In this document: positions 23,421 through 37,668 of the stretch, one piece after another
Layout of the letters: each line of letters opens with the position of its first letter
Numbering within the stretch: the first letter of the stretch is position 1
NCBI RefSeq assembly: GCF_001447785.1
Contig: NW_015170898.1
Coordinates: 1,144,549 to 1,208,548, forward strand
Reading direction: 5' to 3'
DNA length: 64,000 bases
DNA from: Gekko japonicus
Lineage: Eukaryota
Notes under the pieces: model-generated
What the model was told of the DNA's origin: nothing
Database searches by the model: none
The model's input: only the letters and a program-made list of their open reading frames with translations
Position numbers and translations under genes: made by a program

Positions 23421-26080
23421 TCGTTTTCAACACTCCCGCGCCCCCCCTTAGCACTGAACGGGGGGGTCCCCTCTTCTGAGCGATAACCGAGCGAGGACCG
23501 CGCCTTTCAGTCCACCGCAGCCCAGGACCACGAACGCCGGGGATTCTTCCGGGCAGCGGGGGGGGGGGGGGGGGGGAGAGGTGGCAAGCCTTTTAAGGAC
23601 TCTGGGATGTTTTGTTATGAGCACGTCTAATGTTCTGATGCTCCGATAAGGTTTGGTTTCCCCCTCCGAGCAACAGAAGGCAGACAATTTGTCGCGTTCA
23701 GGAACAGGAATTTGTAAGGCCCGGGTCTGAAAGGCGAGGATCTCTTCTTGCAATAATACTGGAGAGGTGCTCTCTCCCCCGCCCCGCGCCGCCCCCTTCC
23801 CGTTTAATTTTAATGGTTGGGGGGGGGAATATGAGGGCTTGATCTGTTTTCATAACCCTTTTGACTCTTTAATGCCAAACTGCATAGATCCAAGGGGGTT
23901 CAATTGAAGGGGGGTTCGATATTCCTTTCTGAATCGACCCCTTCCCAAACACCCTTGCTGCAATCTGGGGAGGGCTGCCCTACCATCACCCCCCCCCCCC
24001 CCCCGCGGTCTTCTTCCACAAACAAGAGCAATCTGGGGAGGGCTGCCCTACCATCACCCCCCCCCGTCCAGCGTTCTGATCCAATAATGAAGACTGACCC
24101 CCTCCAGTTCTTTCCTGGACTGAAACCTTTCAAATTTTTCTGATCTCCGCAAACACTGGCAGGACCTTGGGTGCCGAAAATGGAGGAAACGTTCCGAATC
24201 ACTGGGAGAGGAGCTGTTATCCTTCCAGGGGAGAGAAGCCGTGAGATTGACAGATTCTGGACAGAATGCCAGTCCCAAACGCCTCACAGGGCGAAGCCCT
24301 CCTCGTTTACTCGGAAGTAAGTACCACTGAATCCAGTGGCGCTTATTTTCTCAGTAACAGTCTTCAGGTTCGCTGCTGCAGAACTGTAGCCCGCTGGCCG
24401 GTCTTGGAAGAAAACGGTTTTTGTCCCGATCACGGATTAGTTTTCCGGTTTGCTCAGAAGTATACTCGGGGTTTACACACGATTCCCTGTTCACCTTCCC
24501 CCGCCGGGTCTTTTTCCCCTCTCTACGTTTAGGAGAGGAGAGGACCGGGACACTCCCTCATTCATGGCTGCTTCAACTGGGTCAAAGAACTGGGTCATAA
24601 ATCATAAGTAACGATGACAAAGTAATTGAGCCGCAATTAAAACTTACACTGTATTTTATTTGTTTCCAAGCCCGTGTCGGCCTAGTTGAAATTTGGGGTT
24701 TCCCCCTCCAAAAGGATTTTTAAAGCCATACTTAAATTATATTTAATTGCAGGTTTTAAAAGAAAAGATGCAAGTGAATCTTTTTAATTGCTGTTTTGGT
24801 TTGCCGCCTGATTAGGGAACGAGGGGGGCAGGTCCCCTTCTGCATCTCCGCATTAGGAGGGCGCAGAAAGCTCCTGGATTCAAATTGCCACAACATTTTC
24901 GGCAAGGCCAGTTTTATTTCTAATAGTTCCAACCTTTTTCTCCAGAAATCCATCCCCAAGCTGAACAATCGCAATTGACCGGTAATTTGGGAAGAGGAAA
25001 AAACAAAACACAACAAAAACCCAGGAATAGCGGCGTGTAGGCGAGAGCTCTGCCCCAGCCCACTGGCCACATAAATCAAAAATCAGCACTCTGACCTTTC
25101 GCAAAGCTGGGACTCAGTGGTGGATGTAATTTTATATAACATTTGTCTCCTTGTATAACACAAGCAGGGCTTTCATTATTCCCCCCTCCCCCAGTTATTT
25201 AGTGCACATTTCCCTTCCATAAAACTAAAGAAATGGAAGGTTAAGACACCGTGATCAGTATAGGAAATCTAAGGAGAATGTAAACCTTTATGTAAAGGGA
25301 GGGAGACAGATAAATGCGCCCCTTTTCCTTTCCAGATCCCTGACTGTACAAACAACCCCCCCCCCCAGTACCTCGTGAATTATTAGGGAGCTTTGGGGGG
25401 GGACACTTTTATTCCAGTCTCCGAGTGAATGTTAGCAAGCAGAAATAGGGAGAAGGGGCCGTTTCTCCACCGGAATTGTCAAGGTGCTGGCGGCGCATGT
25501 AACTGGCCCCCCCGTAAATATAGTACCACTAAGCATCATAAATAAAATGGCAGCGGAATTGCATACTCATCGATTTGGCACTTCTGAATCAAAAAGAAAG
25601 AGAGCCAGNNNNNNNNNNNNNNNNNNNNNNNNNNNNNNNNNNNNNNNNNNNNNNNNNNNNNNNNNNNNNNNNNNNNNNNNNNNNNNNNNNNNNNNNNNNN
25701 NNNNNNNNNNNNNNNNNNNNNNNNNNNNNNNNNNNNNNNNNNNNNNNNNNNNNNNNNNNNNNNNNNNNNNNNNNNNNNNGACGTTTCTCAAAATGCATTT
25801 CGATCAGCATCTGAGGAATATGTTAAACAATAAAAACCGACGATAATGACCCTCCCCGGAAGGGTTATAAAGAAACAACGAGCATGCAGCAGTAAGGCAG
25901 AAAGGCAGGCACAAGAACAACGCGCAGAACCGCAAAAGCCGTACGAGGAAGGGGGGGAAAGAGGCAGCTATTCTCTGATCTATTTATTGCAAGACCTCCC
26001 CCCACCCCAGCACAGTGAAACAAAGGGGGAAACGAGGCTTGACTGGGATCCATATACACCCTTAAGCCTTTTCTCCTGAC

Positions 26081-26430
26081 CTTTGCCTCGGCAAGCAATA
26101 AGTCACACACGTAAATGAACAATCAACGGAAATACCTTAAAATAAAATCCATCCTTTTTAACGAAGCATCGCGTCCTAACAGCCCGGCAATAACCTTTCC
26201 ATAAGGACCGAGCGCCGTAGCCCGACTGGAAGCTCTCCGAGGGGTGAGCGGGTTGGTCGCTTGCAGGGGGTTGGGGGGTGGATAATAGAAAGCAGCTCTT
26301 GCTCTGAACAGAAACTGGAAAAGCGTAATCACAGGCGAAGCCAGTCCGGGTCTCCACTCCAAATGCCACAATAATGCGCTGTATTATGTGCTCACGTGGT
26401 CATACGTCAACTTAAATCCTTTTATTTGAA
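26081..26430 (-). promoter_or_regulatory. Candidate alternative HOXA3 promoter and first exon
   Basis: CACGTG (~26394-26399) and CRE-like TACGTCA (~26403-26409). Candidate donor AAAG|gtcagg at 26081/26080. Confidence 0.35.
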
Positions 26431-29381
26431 ATAGAGAATCACTGAAGGAACAAGGGTTCGAAACGCGAGCCTCTGGGATTTGTTTTGGGTTTGTTTGTTT
26501 TTTAACCTTCACGCAAGTGCATTAAAGAAGAGAAAAATCAAGTAATGGAGATTTCCCCCTCCCCTTTCCTTCTCTCACATTAATATTTCTGTACACAAAA
26601 TTCAGACGGAAAGGTGAGAATTCTCATTTTCATAGGATGTGATTACACTGAACTTTGAGACTAGTAAAGTGGCCCTTTTGAAGACGACTCTCCGGTGACC
26701 CGAAGGGCGGAAGGGGGCAGGCGGCGCCATCCGAGGAAAACTTCGGCCACTGCACTCCCCTCCAGGAAGCCCCCTTCAGAACGAGGAGGATCACCCGCCA
26801 GCCCACGGTCTCCTCTGTCCTTCTATTGAACGGAGCTTGCTGAACACCCACATGTTACATCAGAGCAGTTGTAGGAACCCCAAAGACCTGTAATTACCTG
26901 ACAAAAGGGAAAGGAGCCTCTGGTAGAGAGTGCCGGACTTCTGTCCTCGCAGCACCCTAGGAGGAGGTGGAGGAGGAGGAGGAGGAGGCGGTGGAGGAGG
27001 AAAGCGTCATCCTGCTTTGTGGTGGATCTGAATTTTGCAAACTCTTTTGGGACCTTCTTGTTCAACCTGAGCTTACGCATTTCCTATGCAAGTACTTGAG
27101 TGATGTACAAAATTATAGGGTTCTCGAACTATGAAATATTTAGAGGGGAAGAATGATCAGCAGTCCAGAAAGGGACGATTTTTTAAAAATAAGGAAAGAA
27201 AGAAAAGAAACTCATGCAAATCCCTCGAGTAACTCTAAGAAAAGAATTGATCTCGACTCTACACGCAGATCTAAGAGCTGCTCTTGTTTCTACCGTGCGC
27301 TTCTCCCAACCTACACAATGCTTTAATAACAGGCAGCTAGAGAAAATCGTTCATACCCAGATGCCTTATATAGGCCTACTTTGGTTATTTTGGTCCCAAA
27401 TGTCTTACCCCATCTTTGCATTTTAAAAGCATGTAATTTATTTCAGCTATTCTCCCCCCACCCCCACACTAAAGAAAATTTTATTCTATTATGCTTCTTT
27501 CAATACCTGCCCTAGACTTTTTTAACCTAGTTGTGTGAGCAGATGAAATGGATCCTTCATCTGCCTTATTGTCAAAGTGTGAGCAGTCTTACTTATTTGA
27601 CTTCAAGCCTCTGTGGGACTGTAACCACTCTAACAGCAATCTTCCTGATCCACAGCCTTGTTAAGTCAAAGTGCTGGGACCTTCCCCTGTTGTAATTTTA
27701 GTGCTGCTACTACTACACACTGAGATATGGGCCAGGACTTTAAAAAAAAATGCATCAGTAAGTATTGCAATTTTCTTGTAACATCCTAAAAAAGAATTTG
27801 CCACTGTCTCTTTTTCCTCAGCCCCTCTTCCCCTTCAAAACCTACAGCCAAAGCCATACTAAAGTCCATTGCAAGCAGCTCTGGTGACTTTTACCAGTGT
27901 GGATTTCTTTCCAGTTAACTGTGCGTAGAATCCCAGCCTTCCTGGAGCCCTTGGACAGTAACAGAACCAAAGACCTTCTCTCACAAGCAACTTGGGCACA
28001 ATTCCTTAGCATAATAGCCATCTACAGGTCAATCAGCGCTGCCTAAGAAAAAGTTTCATTGACAAGCTCTGAACACAAGAGGGGGAATGAAAACTGTATT
28101 CGTGGGTACTGAAATCAACGTGTCCTCAGGCCTGAGGTTCTTCAGCAACAATGCAACTGAAATTAATGGATAATGGAGCCGACCTAGGAAAAAGCACATC
28201 AAACTTTCCTGAGCCTCAAGAAAAACCTTGACGACTGCTTTGAGCCTTGTCGACTAGCTTTTGCGAACAGAAACTACAAAACAGTAGTCACGCTCATAAA
28301 TCTGGGGTCCAGCAGCAACTTACTTGCCTTAATACTGTATAGTACTGACGGTTCCCCTTTTCAAACGTCCCTCCCCCAATACGATCCAGTTAATGTGAAA
28401 ACTGCAGTTTAACTATTAACATGGGATATAGTAAGTGGAATGAACCAGTTTTGAAGAAAAGTCAACCGGCTCGGTGGTGACCTATTTCTTCATTGTGAGG
28501 CCAGGAAGGAAGAAAGTTCACTCTGATTGGTATGGAGTCTTGGGTCTTGGATGAATATTTCTCTTAAGCAAAACATGGTTCTGGAATTAATTTGCTTTGA
28601 TCGAACCTCAGGGATTATGCTTTTGAGTACAAATGCGAATTGACTTCAAAGCAGCAGCAGCAGCTCTTCGATTTGCGTCGCCACCCATTTTGCCTCATTC
28701 GGAGAGATTCTCCATGCTTTTATTTGATATCTCGAGGACAGGACGCTCTGTAAACGTTTCGAGGACAGGAAGGGCTCAAAAGTGTTACATTTTCTTTAGG
28801 AATGAAGGAAGGTGTCCTCCTCCCCCTCTGCTTTGTGCGCCGGACAGTCCACTCTGGAATCCATTACGAAGAAACAAGAAACAGACCTGAGGCTGAGGTC
28901 CTAGTTGGAACTCTGGTTGAGGAGGAAGGAGAGGTTGGGGGGCTTAGTGGGCACTTAAACATGCTTGGGGTATACAGTTGTCCACTAAGTTGTGAAGTGT
29001 CTGTATTAAGACTGTAAAGCTTGAAAACCTGTCTTAGCCCTTATTCACTTAGAGGTAAGTCCTATTGATTTCAGTGGGACCTTTTTTCCAAGCAAGTATG
29101 CTGCAGCCTAGGCAGACCGTGGGCCTTGCTTCCGAGCAAAGATGCTTAGGATGCCTGATACAAATGTCAAACGATTGACAGTAAAGACTGACGTTTTGGG
29201 TTTTAGGAGTAAGTCCTCCTCTACCAGATACCCATTCAACCGCATATTCTACCCGAGACACTTAAAATATTTCAGATTATAAATGATCTGGCTTTGGCTC
29301 TTGACTTTCTGTTCACAGTTAAGCCTGAAACACAGATAAAGTCATGCGATCTGCGGAGTGACCTCTTGTGGGAAACACTTT

Positions 29382-29471
29382 CAGCTCAATTCTGTGCAGG
29401 TTTACTCGGAAGAAAGTCCCACACAGATCTATGGGGCTTACTCCCCCGGTAACTATGCCGAGCTTTGCAGC
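29382..29471. repeat. Short palindromic MITE-like repeat (second copy)
   Basis: cagctcaattctgtgcaggtttactcggaagaaagtccca...tggggcttactccc... aligns by eye with 20537-20622. Confidence 0.65.
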
Positions 29472-30750
29472 TTTGACCCAGAGTTTAACAGAGAGATGGG
29501 CGTAGAATTGTTTATGTGAGGCGATTTTCTGTATCTTTGCTTAGTTTAGTTGTAGGGTGCTATTGTTTCAGTCAGGGAAGGAGCCACACTGCATGACATG
29601 GGTTTTCATCTAGGCACCCCTTAAGCCAGGAGGTTTGTTCACGTCCCTATCGGAGACAGCAAAAAGACTCTTGAGGGTTTTCCCTCCCAATGATCACGCC
29701 TTGAAGTAAGATTGTTAAGAGTCATGTTAGCAAATAACGAGGCTGTTTCGGGGATGCTATTCTGGCCCTGGAAAATAAATCATTGATCTCCCCTTTAGAA
29801 TGCTGCTAATTTAAAATCAACATTTTGTCTTGAACCGGCTTAAAGGAAGCGGTTTGGAGACTCCTTTTAGCAGGAAGGATTTCAGCCAGCAGCTAAATCA
29901 ACACAACAAGCCCCTCTCGCCTGGTAATTTATGCCTGCCTTTAAAAGGTAGTAAACGAAACTAATTGTACTTCAACCTCGTAAAAGCAGGTAATTCTAGC
30001 AGGAAATTCAGACAGCTCTGCGTAGCCTTTAGTAGTCTACCGGTGCTGCTGCTGTTCGTTTTAATCATCCATATGGTGGAGCTTTAAAGTTTTCATTGAT
30101 TCTAAGGATTAAAATGGGGGGGCGGCGGCGGAAGGCAACGACATTAAAATCCAGAGACGATGTCCAGTCGCCTTCAATGGGGCGCCCAGGCCACCGCAAA
30201 GAGTTTAAAGCTCAATGCACAGGAGGGGTAGAGATGGGACGTTCCTGAGGTGTGCCTGCAGCCCTCCGCCAGGCTCCCTTAAATAGTCTAAATTCTAACG
30301 GTGGTTCGTATTTTTCCGGATTCGCGCAGTAAACGTTTTAGAGGACCTTGGAGAGCTACAGAAAGCAAAACGTCCAGAAACGAAATCACCAACATAATCT
30401 GAAACCTCGATTTTAAAAGACAACTGAACTTTTCACACAAGACTCCCACAGCCTCTCTGGTTCCCCCCCCCCTGTACCCTGGTCCCAGAGTTGAATGGCT
30501 CTTAAAGACCTGGCTCTTAGTTAGGGTCCTGTGTATTTCTTTGTTTGACAAGACACGCATTCTCCGGGCAAAGAAGACGAATCGACGCGGCGCGGGAGAA
30601 AAATGCCAACCGATCTAGCGATTTATCAAACCCGAATCTCGTGGCAACTTTTGTAACAAGCGCCCGCAAAACCCATATTTGCAACACGAAACTATTCGAA
30701 ACCCTCCGGCAACAAATTTCGATGTCTTTTTCCGCCCACTGGGCTCTTAC

Positions 30751-30832
30751 CTCCTCGTGCTCCCAGCAAGCCAACGGGATCCTTCCCAGCTTTTAGGCTC
30801 CTTGAAAGCGCATTTTTCGGTGCACCGGAGTG
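30751..30832 (-). other. Non-coding internal exon of long HOXA3 leader (82 nt)
   Basis: Acceptor ttctttgtttacag| and donor GAG|gtaaga. Confidence 0.6.
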
Positions 30833-32669
30833 CTGTAAACAAAGAACAGGCGAGAGCTGAGTAAGAGAAGGGGACAGAAGATGGATTTTAATTCAGAGCC
30901 CAGGCAGGGGTCAGCTGCTGAGTTATCCTAGGCGAGGTATGTCATCATGAAAACGAAGCTGTTGATTCGTGCCATAAACATGTAACAATATTGCCTTTTG
31001 CAATCGTGTATGAAATTGGAAGCCCCCACCCCTTTTATGTATGCAGGCGGCTTCTTTACGATATATATGCCTTTTATATGAAACGCAGGCTGGAGACTCC
31101 TCTGGGGAAACCTTTGTTTAGCATCATTTAGTCAAATAAAACAATATTAAATACAACCGAGCCAGCCTCATCTTTGTAGGAGGGCATGCAAATGGATCTT
31201 TAGTTTCAATGCAAGGTACAGGACTGAACGCATCCTTGAATGGTTGGGCCTGATCGTTGACCGGTATCCAGTGGTCTCCCAGTGACTCAGGTCAGTTAAA
31301 TAGACCTATGTATATATACATGGGAAACCGAGAAATTAGGGAAGGTACTGAAACTGAGCATATTATTGTCCTTCACAAAGTAACACCCCCTCCCCAATAT
31401 ATCTATCATCTAAAGTAACAATGAGCCTTCTTCCCTGCCCTCCTCGATCCTCTTCACGCATTATATTCAGGCCTAAAAAAAAATCCCATTCGATTCGTCT
31501 TAACGGGGCTAGTAAAAGTGACTGCTAATAATGCTAAGTGCCATTTCTTGGAAGAATGTCGCCAGAGTCTTGCAAAGTCTAAAATCCATTTTGGGAGAGC
31601 TTTCCGTGATAGAATTTGGTTGTTCTAATTGGCTCGTTCGATAATTGCGGCCATAAGTTTAAATTTAGACCGAAAGGACGATCTCGTGCAAAAGAAAGAG
31701 AAATAACTATTAGGCGTCATAATCGCTTACAGGGGTGTTTATTGCTTCCGGAGCGCTCTGATGGCACAAGCGGGCAGCGGGTCTTGCCAGGCAGCTAGTC
31801 CTCCAGTAAGGAGCACTCCGGGCTCGGAGATTAATCCTCCCCACCCCCCTCTTCCCCAGTCTCTGCTGGCTCTCCGTCCCGGCTGGGGAACTCCGCTGGT
31901 GGTTCGCGCTCAAGCGCCCCACTTTCCTCCGTAAACAACCGCCAAGGCGATCGATCGTGATCGGCTTGATCGGGCTGCCTCCCCGCTTATTTATTTATGG
32001 TTTAGATCAGCATCCTGCCCTGCCAGAAACCTGTCGCCGGTGTATTTTGGAGCGATTAAGCCACACGCCGCAATATATTAAACTGCCGGGGGGGGGAGAT
32101 GGGGGGTCAGTATGGAACGAACGAACACGACCCGTCTCTCGGTTCCAAGAGCTGCTAAGTAGCCACCGAGCGCGCAAACGTCACAGGCATTTAGAGAAGC
32201 GCGGTCCTTCTCCTCCGCCCGAATATTAATTGCGGGGCTTTAAGTCGGTCCTAAATCGCTCAGCCGCAGTGATGAGTCATAGAGAGGCATTTTGCCTGCG
32301 ACTCCCCTCTTTTTGTCGTCGTTGTCGTCGCCCCCCCCCCCCCATGCTGGCCGCCGCCTCTCGGGTTTCTTCCTCGGCCTTGCTCAAGGACCGGTGATTT
32401 ATGAACGCCAGGCAAATTGGGGAAGGGGGGGAGGAGGAGAAAAAAAGGGACTCCCGCACGGTGGTAGGCAACTTCCGCAGGGTGAATAAATACCAGGACG
32501 CTATCAAATCGCTGCGCCCGGCTCGGAGGCTTAATCACCAAAAAGGCACCTAGCCACTGAGACCTAACATTTCGTAAATCTTCCCCCACTCCAGGCAAAG
32601 AGTTCCCAACAAAGCACGTGCGAACAAGGAAAAGCAATCAAGGCACACGACTGGTCTGTGTATACTTAC

Positions 32670-32900
32670 CAGCCTCTATTGCTTGCTTAAAGAAGTTTTA
32701 GGGGCTCTTCCGGGGCGGGGGACAAATAATAAATCAAGCAGGTTGGTTTTTGTTTTTTGGAAAGTCGAAAAAGAGGAAGTCCCCTCGGAAAGAATCACTC
32801 CTCCTAGTGAGAACTGACGGCCACCGATCCATTCGTGACGAGCGATATTAATTATTTAATAAGTCACGTGACCCGCCCCCCCTCTTCCCGATTAAAATTT
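32670..32900 (-). promoter_or_regulatory. Candidate promoter/exon between HOXA3 and HOXA4
   Basis: Palindromic GTCACGTGAC E-box (~32863-32872), GC box and consensus donor CTG|gtaagt at 32670/32669. Confidence 0.45.
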
Positions 32901-34420
32901 CAATATCTACCCAAGAACAGACAGCAGCACCTTTATCTGCCCTAGCAGCGTTTCTCGCGTTGCTTGTTTAGGCCTCATAATCTCCGCGAATTTTGACATC
33001 TTTTCAGTTGCAGGGGAGCTCGTCTGGACATCAATAACGCGAGTCTGGCAGTCCCCGGCTCAGTGAAGCATTCAAGCCCAGAATTAGGGTTCGGATTTTT
33101 ATTGCTCGCCAGCAGCAGGCTGGGCCACCCTGACGAACTGGGACGCCCCGCGCCTGATAGAAGGCCTGGCGTAAGAGACCTCAGACAGGCGGGCTCAGAA
33201 GGGGCTTCATGCTCCCAGGTTATCAAGGGAGGCCCCCCTTCTGTCGGGGTCAGCTGGGGGGTGTTACCATCCATTTCAAAGGCCTAAAGGCTTCCCACCT
33301 TGGCGAAAGGCAGAGGGCAAACATGGCACCTTGGAGGCCATTCTCTCGGGCTGCTGGAGAGAATCAGTTCCGTTCAATGAGATTTACACCCGTTTAATTT
33401 CTTTTGATTAGCTCTTCTGGTGTCTAAATAACTTCGAAGGACAAACAACAAATAGTTCTAGGACCGGTGCGAACATGTCCCGGAGAGATTATGCGAAATG
33501 GATGGCCTGGTCCCACTCTGGATGGATCTCCCGCTGCAAACCTACAGATTCACACTTTGACCAAATCAGCTGAGCTCACAATGGGATCGTCACGATGAAC
33601 CCGGGGCTCACACACCTAGCCCGAAACACTGCCCGCTCTCACCCCTCAGGGAACTTTCTCTGCTGAAGGACTAGAGCTCCCGTATCTAGCCTCGTCTCCA
33701 CGTCTCTTGTAAGGGAAATGTAAAGAAAAGTCAACTCTTGCTGACAAACCCGGAACTTGGGGGGGGGGGCTCTCCTCCGCACAAAATAAATCACTGAGAA
33801 AACGCTACAATTCTTGTTTATTGGTCTTCCAGTAGGTTCAGTCTGAGGTTGCCCAGTGGAATGGTGTCACCGAGATATTGATCTCCTCTGTATATTTCTG
33901 TAGTGAACAAACTAAGCAAAGGGAGGGGGGTGCTTTAAAGGGGGGGAAAGGTAGTCGACTCATGCCAGGTCGGGGGCCTCTGAAGGCAAGGAGAGTAGAA
34001 ATGTTTGAAGGGACCAGTCAATGGTTGAGAAATGGTCAGTGCTTGAAAATAAGGCCTGAAAGGAAGAAGGGAGGGAGACCCGGGGTGCCACCCAAGGAAG
34101 GCCACGGTCTTCTCAACCCACCACCCCGATTCCCGTTTACAACTTTGAAGGAGCTCTTGTAAGCAAATATAGGCAACACGGAATGGTTGGGGAACCAATC
34201 CAGTTACAAGTTTCTGGGCTCCTCTTCCTGCCCCCCCCTTCATGGAACAAACCAGAATGAAATTCAGTCCAATCATACAAAAAAACCTGGAATTGTCTTT
34301 ACTGATCATGAGGACTGAAGTGCCAGGACTGCTTTCATTTCGCCTTTAGCTGAAATGTTAAAAATCTTTAGAATCCAGAGTAGTCGCCTTTATAGCAATA
34401 GGGCATGCTCCTGGTAGAAA

Positions 34421-34465
<45 letters not shown>

Positions 34466-34530
34466 TGAGAGAGATTTTGTGTGTGAGAGAAAAGAAAGTA
34501 TGTTGTGTGCGTGTGTGTGTGTGTGTGTGT
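34421..34530. repeat. Compound (GT)n(GA)n microsatellite
   Basis: Directly visible dinucleotide runs. Confidence 0.95.
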
Positions 34531-34644
34531 ATGAGGGGAATATTGAGGTCCGAGGGCCAGATTTAAAAGAATACTGTCTTTAAAGGTCAAGGGTTTGATG
34601 GGTCAGTCGCCTTCTCTTAAAAAAACAATTAATGGGATAGAAAC

Positions 34645-34661
34645 TGTCCTTTCGGTGAACT
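34645..34661 (-). promoter_or_regulatory. DR5 RARE 3' of HOXA4
   Basis: AGTTCA ccgaa AGGACA, in the position and form of the group-4 3' neural RAREs. Confidence 0.8.
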
Positions 34662-34824
34662 CTCTTGGTTGCCCTAGCAGAGACAGGACAATGGCAGGGT
34701 TTATACTCCACTGTGTAGATTTCCAACTTATTGTAACACTGATTATGGTAAGCTAGCACCGACAGGCACACATCATAGCAAACTCTACTGAGAGAGAGAG
34801 GGAAAAAAAAAAAGAAAACATTAC

Positions 34825-35002
34825 CTTGAATGATGACAATCTGCCATATGTATTTTTCAATGCGCGCTCCATTCTCCACCCAGAAAGTATATATTTTCAT
34901 CGCACAGCCCAGCGACTGTGTCTTTATACATGAACACATTTTCCCCAGGAAAATCCTTCGAGTCTCCTCAGACCTTTTCCAAGAGAATGCCTTTCAGAAT
35001 CG
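34825..35002 (-). other. Non-coding internal exon of long HOXA3 leader (178 nt)
   Basis: Acceptor ttctttgtaattcaacag| and donor AAG|gtaatg. Confidence 0.6.
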
Positions 35003-37333
35003 CTGTTGAATTACAAAGAAGTATTTATTGGAGGAAGTGATTAATGATTCCCAGTAAAATTGCTATTTTCAGCGTGATTTCATTTCGCTTTTTTTACAAT
35101 GGGAAGGGGGGGGAGGGGAGTTTCAAGCATAAGACTGCGGAAGTCAAAGAAGAACCTCAACGCTCTGTTCAAATAGTTGATTTAGCATCTTGAGAGTTCT
35201 TGTTAATTTTGAAGTTTCAGTAAATTAGCAGAAGAAGATTCTCCACAGTAAGCCTAACAAAGGCTTTAGACAAAGAACTCTGGTCTAGAAGGGGAGCGCA
35301 AGGAAGGCATCTTTTTCCAAACAATTTTTTTTTCATTTCTAAACAGAATTTGGATATAATGGGGATTTTAAAGACTGGGAAACACCTGGAAAGAAACCCC
35401 TTCAGTTGTTCAACCTGGGGACAGGATAGTGAGGTAACGGAACAGGTGAGGCCTCCTGGGGTTGAACAAAGGTATCCTAGATGCTAGATTTTTTCCTCCC
35501 TGGTGTCTTCCCTTTCATTCCATTAACTGGAACCATTGAGGCAGTGGGCTTCACTTGCTGAGTAATGGTTATGGAGCTGCTTACAAGGTACTCAACTGAA
35601 TTCAATCATTTCTTTCAAGCCCCCAGAACAAGAGCATCGAATTCTGGTTATAAATGCATATAAGGCCCCAGTATCCATTTCATATGAACAAGAACGCCGC
35701 CCAACTATTATTATCATCGTCAGCTCTTATTGCAAGTCTGGACAAACATTTCAGAAGACTTCAGATAACGTCCCAAGTCAAAGCCATCTTCTAGATCCCA
35801 CAGGATTCCTCTACCGGGCCCTAAAGCATCCGGTTTATTGGTGCCCCTCAAAAGGGAAGGACCATTCCAATTTGGCTGTCTTACCCCTTCCAAAAGTTAC
35901 AACCACTGTCTCAGGAACAAAGAACGGAAGATGTGCTACTGAAGTTGCAAAACGGTTCTGACATATGGGTCACACAAAATGAAAATCACCACCACAAGAA
36001 CATTAAGCACTCTGGTTTATTGGACTCATTGGAAGATTTGTTTCTGTTCACAGAGGGCTGGAATTCGCTATGTGTGCACAAAAGTGTGATCCACTGGGAA
36101 TGAGAATAGACAAACAGAAGCACCATCTTTCTGAGTGCATGCACAATAAGGCCTTGAAGTAATAAAAAGGAGGTAAAAGCAGATGGCCAGGCCCATCCAC
36201 ACCTGGGTTGAGGAGGAGTACTTGGAATATTGCCGATTTTACTCATCGATTTATTTCAGGGGTAGGTATTTGCTCTCTGTCTGATTTCAAAGTTGGGCTT
36301 CGCTTTCATGTGAAAATCGGGTCTCATACGTCTTTCAACCAAGCTTCATTAGGAGTCGAAGCTCAGCACAGCTTAGTTCAGGCTTCAGCCCTAGTTCTCC
36401 AGCTTGCCACAGAAACGTGTGCGTGTTTTTGTGCCTGTGTCTACGGGCAAGATTCAACTCAAGTGAATCTTTCATTTTTCACATCACAGAGGGGGTAACG
36501 TGATATTCAAAAAGCGTGACTGCATGCTTCTCATGGTGCCTCTAGTGCTTTTAATTTTTTTTCTATACAGAGTATTTATTTGCAGCACTGGATTTATGTA
36601 CATCACACATTCACAAATGTATACACACAGAATCCACGAACTGTACACAGACTTTGACGTGGCAGGATAAGAAGACAGAACAACCCTTAATAACAATATT
36701 GGCCTACTTTTTGTCTTTCTTTTGAATAAGTGCGTGGGGGGGAAGTATGGAGGGTAGACATACACACTAACGAAGCACAATTACAGCAGGGACTACACCT
36801 TGAAAAAGTTAAATTGTTCTTGGCACATAGAGAACCTCTTTTCTCTGTCCGTAGGGGGGGCGTGGACTTGGGGTGGTTCCCGACCCCATCAGGTTGTAAA
36901 GGCTTCCATGAAATGACTGGGAACCAGTCTACGCTTGAGAGTCCACGAATAACATTCCACAGAACAACACAGGCCTATGGCTCACACACATACACAGGCA
37001 CACCTCTCACAAGGTCACTTAGAAACATTGTCGACTCCTGAAGGCGTACACATAAAAGGTCCTTCTTAGGTACAAGATCCATCCACAATTCTTTAATGCT
37101 GCAGGTAGACGGAATATTCCATAAATTAAAGAAACAAACAAATATGGCGGGAATAAAACATAATTACAGACCATAAAGCGCATTGTTCAGTTTTTTTGGT
37201 TTGAACACCCTTCGGACGGGCACTGGTTCTTGCTCTGCCCGCAGTTCAACACAGTCGATTGGTCCCCATGCTAAAGGAAACAAGGCGCGGATGGGGGGGA
37301 GGAGGATGGGGGTCCCTTGACTATGAGGGGCCA

Positions 37334-37668
37334 TCATAGCGCTGTTGAGTTGGGGGTCAGCCTCCCCCGGGGTTGCTGCTGCTGCTGCTGCTGTGGCGGC
37401 GCTTTGGCCTGCTGGTTGAGACCGGAGGGGTTGGAGGAGCGCATCTTAGTGTTGGGCAGTTTGTGGTCCTTCTTCCATTTCATTCTCCGGTTCTGAAACC
37501 AGATCTTGACCTGACGCTCGGAGAGGCAGAGCGTGTGCGCGATCTCGATGCGTCGCCTCCTGGTCAGGTAGCGGTTGAAATGGAACTCCTTCTCCAGCTC
37601 CAGGACTTGCTGTCTGGTGTAGGCAGTTCGGGACCTTTTGGGCTCCCCTCCGTTGTAGTTGGGATTGA
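37334..37668 (-). CDS. HOXA4: Homeobox A4, coding exon 2 (homeodomain)
   Basis: Acceptor cgctcag|[80 protein letters not shown]. 335 nt, requires a phase-1 intron. Confidence 0.97.
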
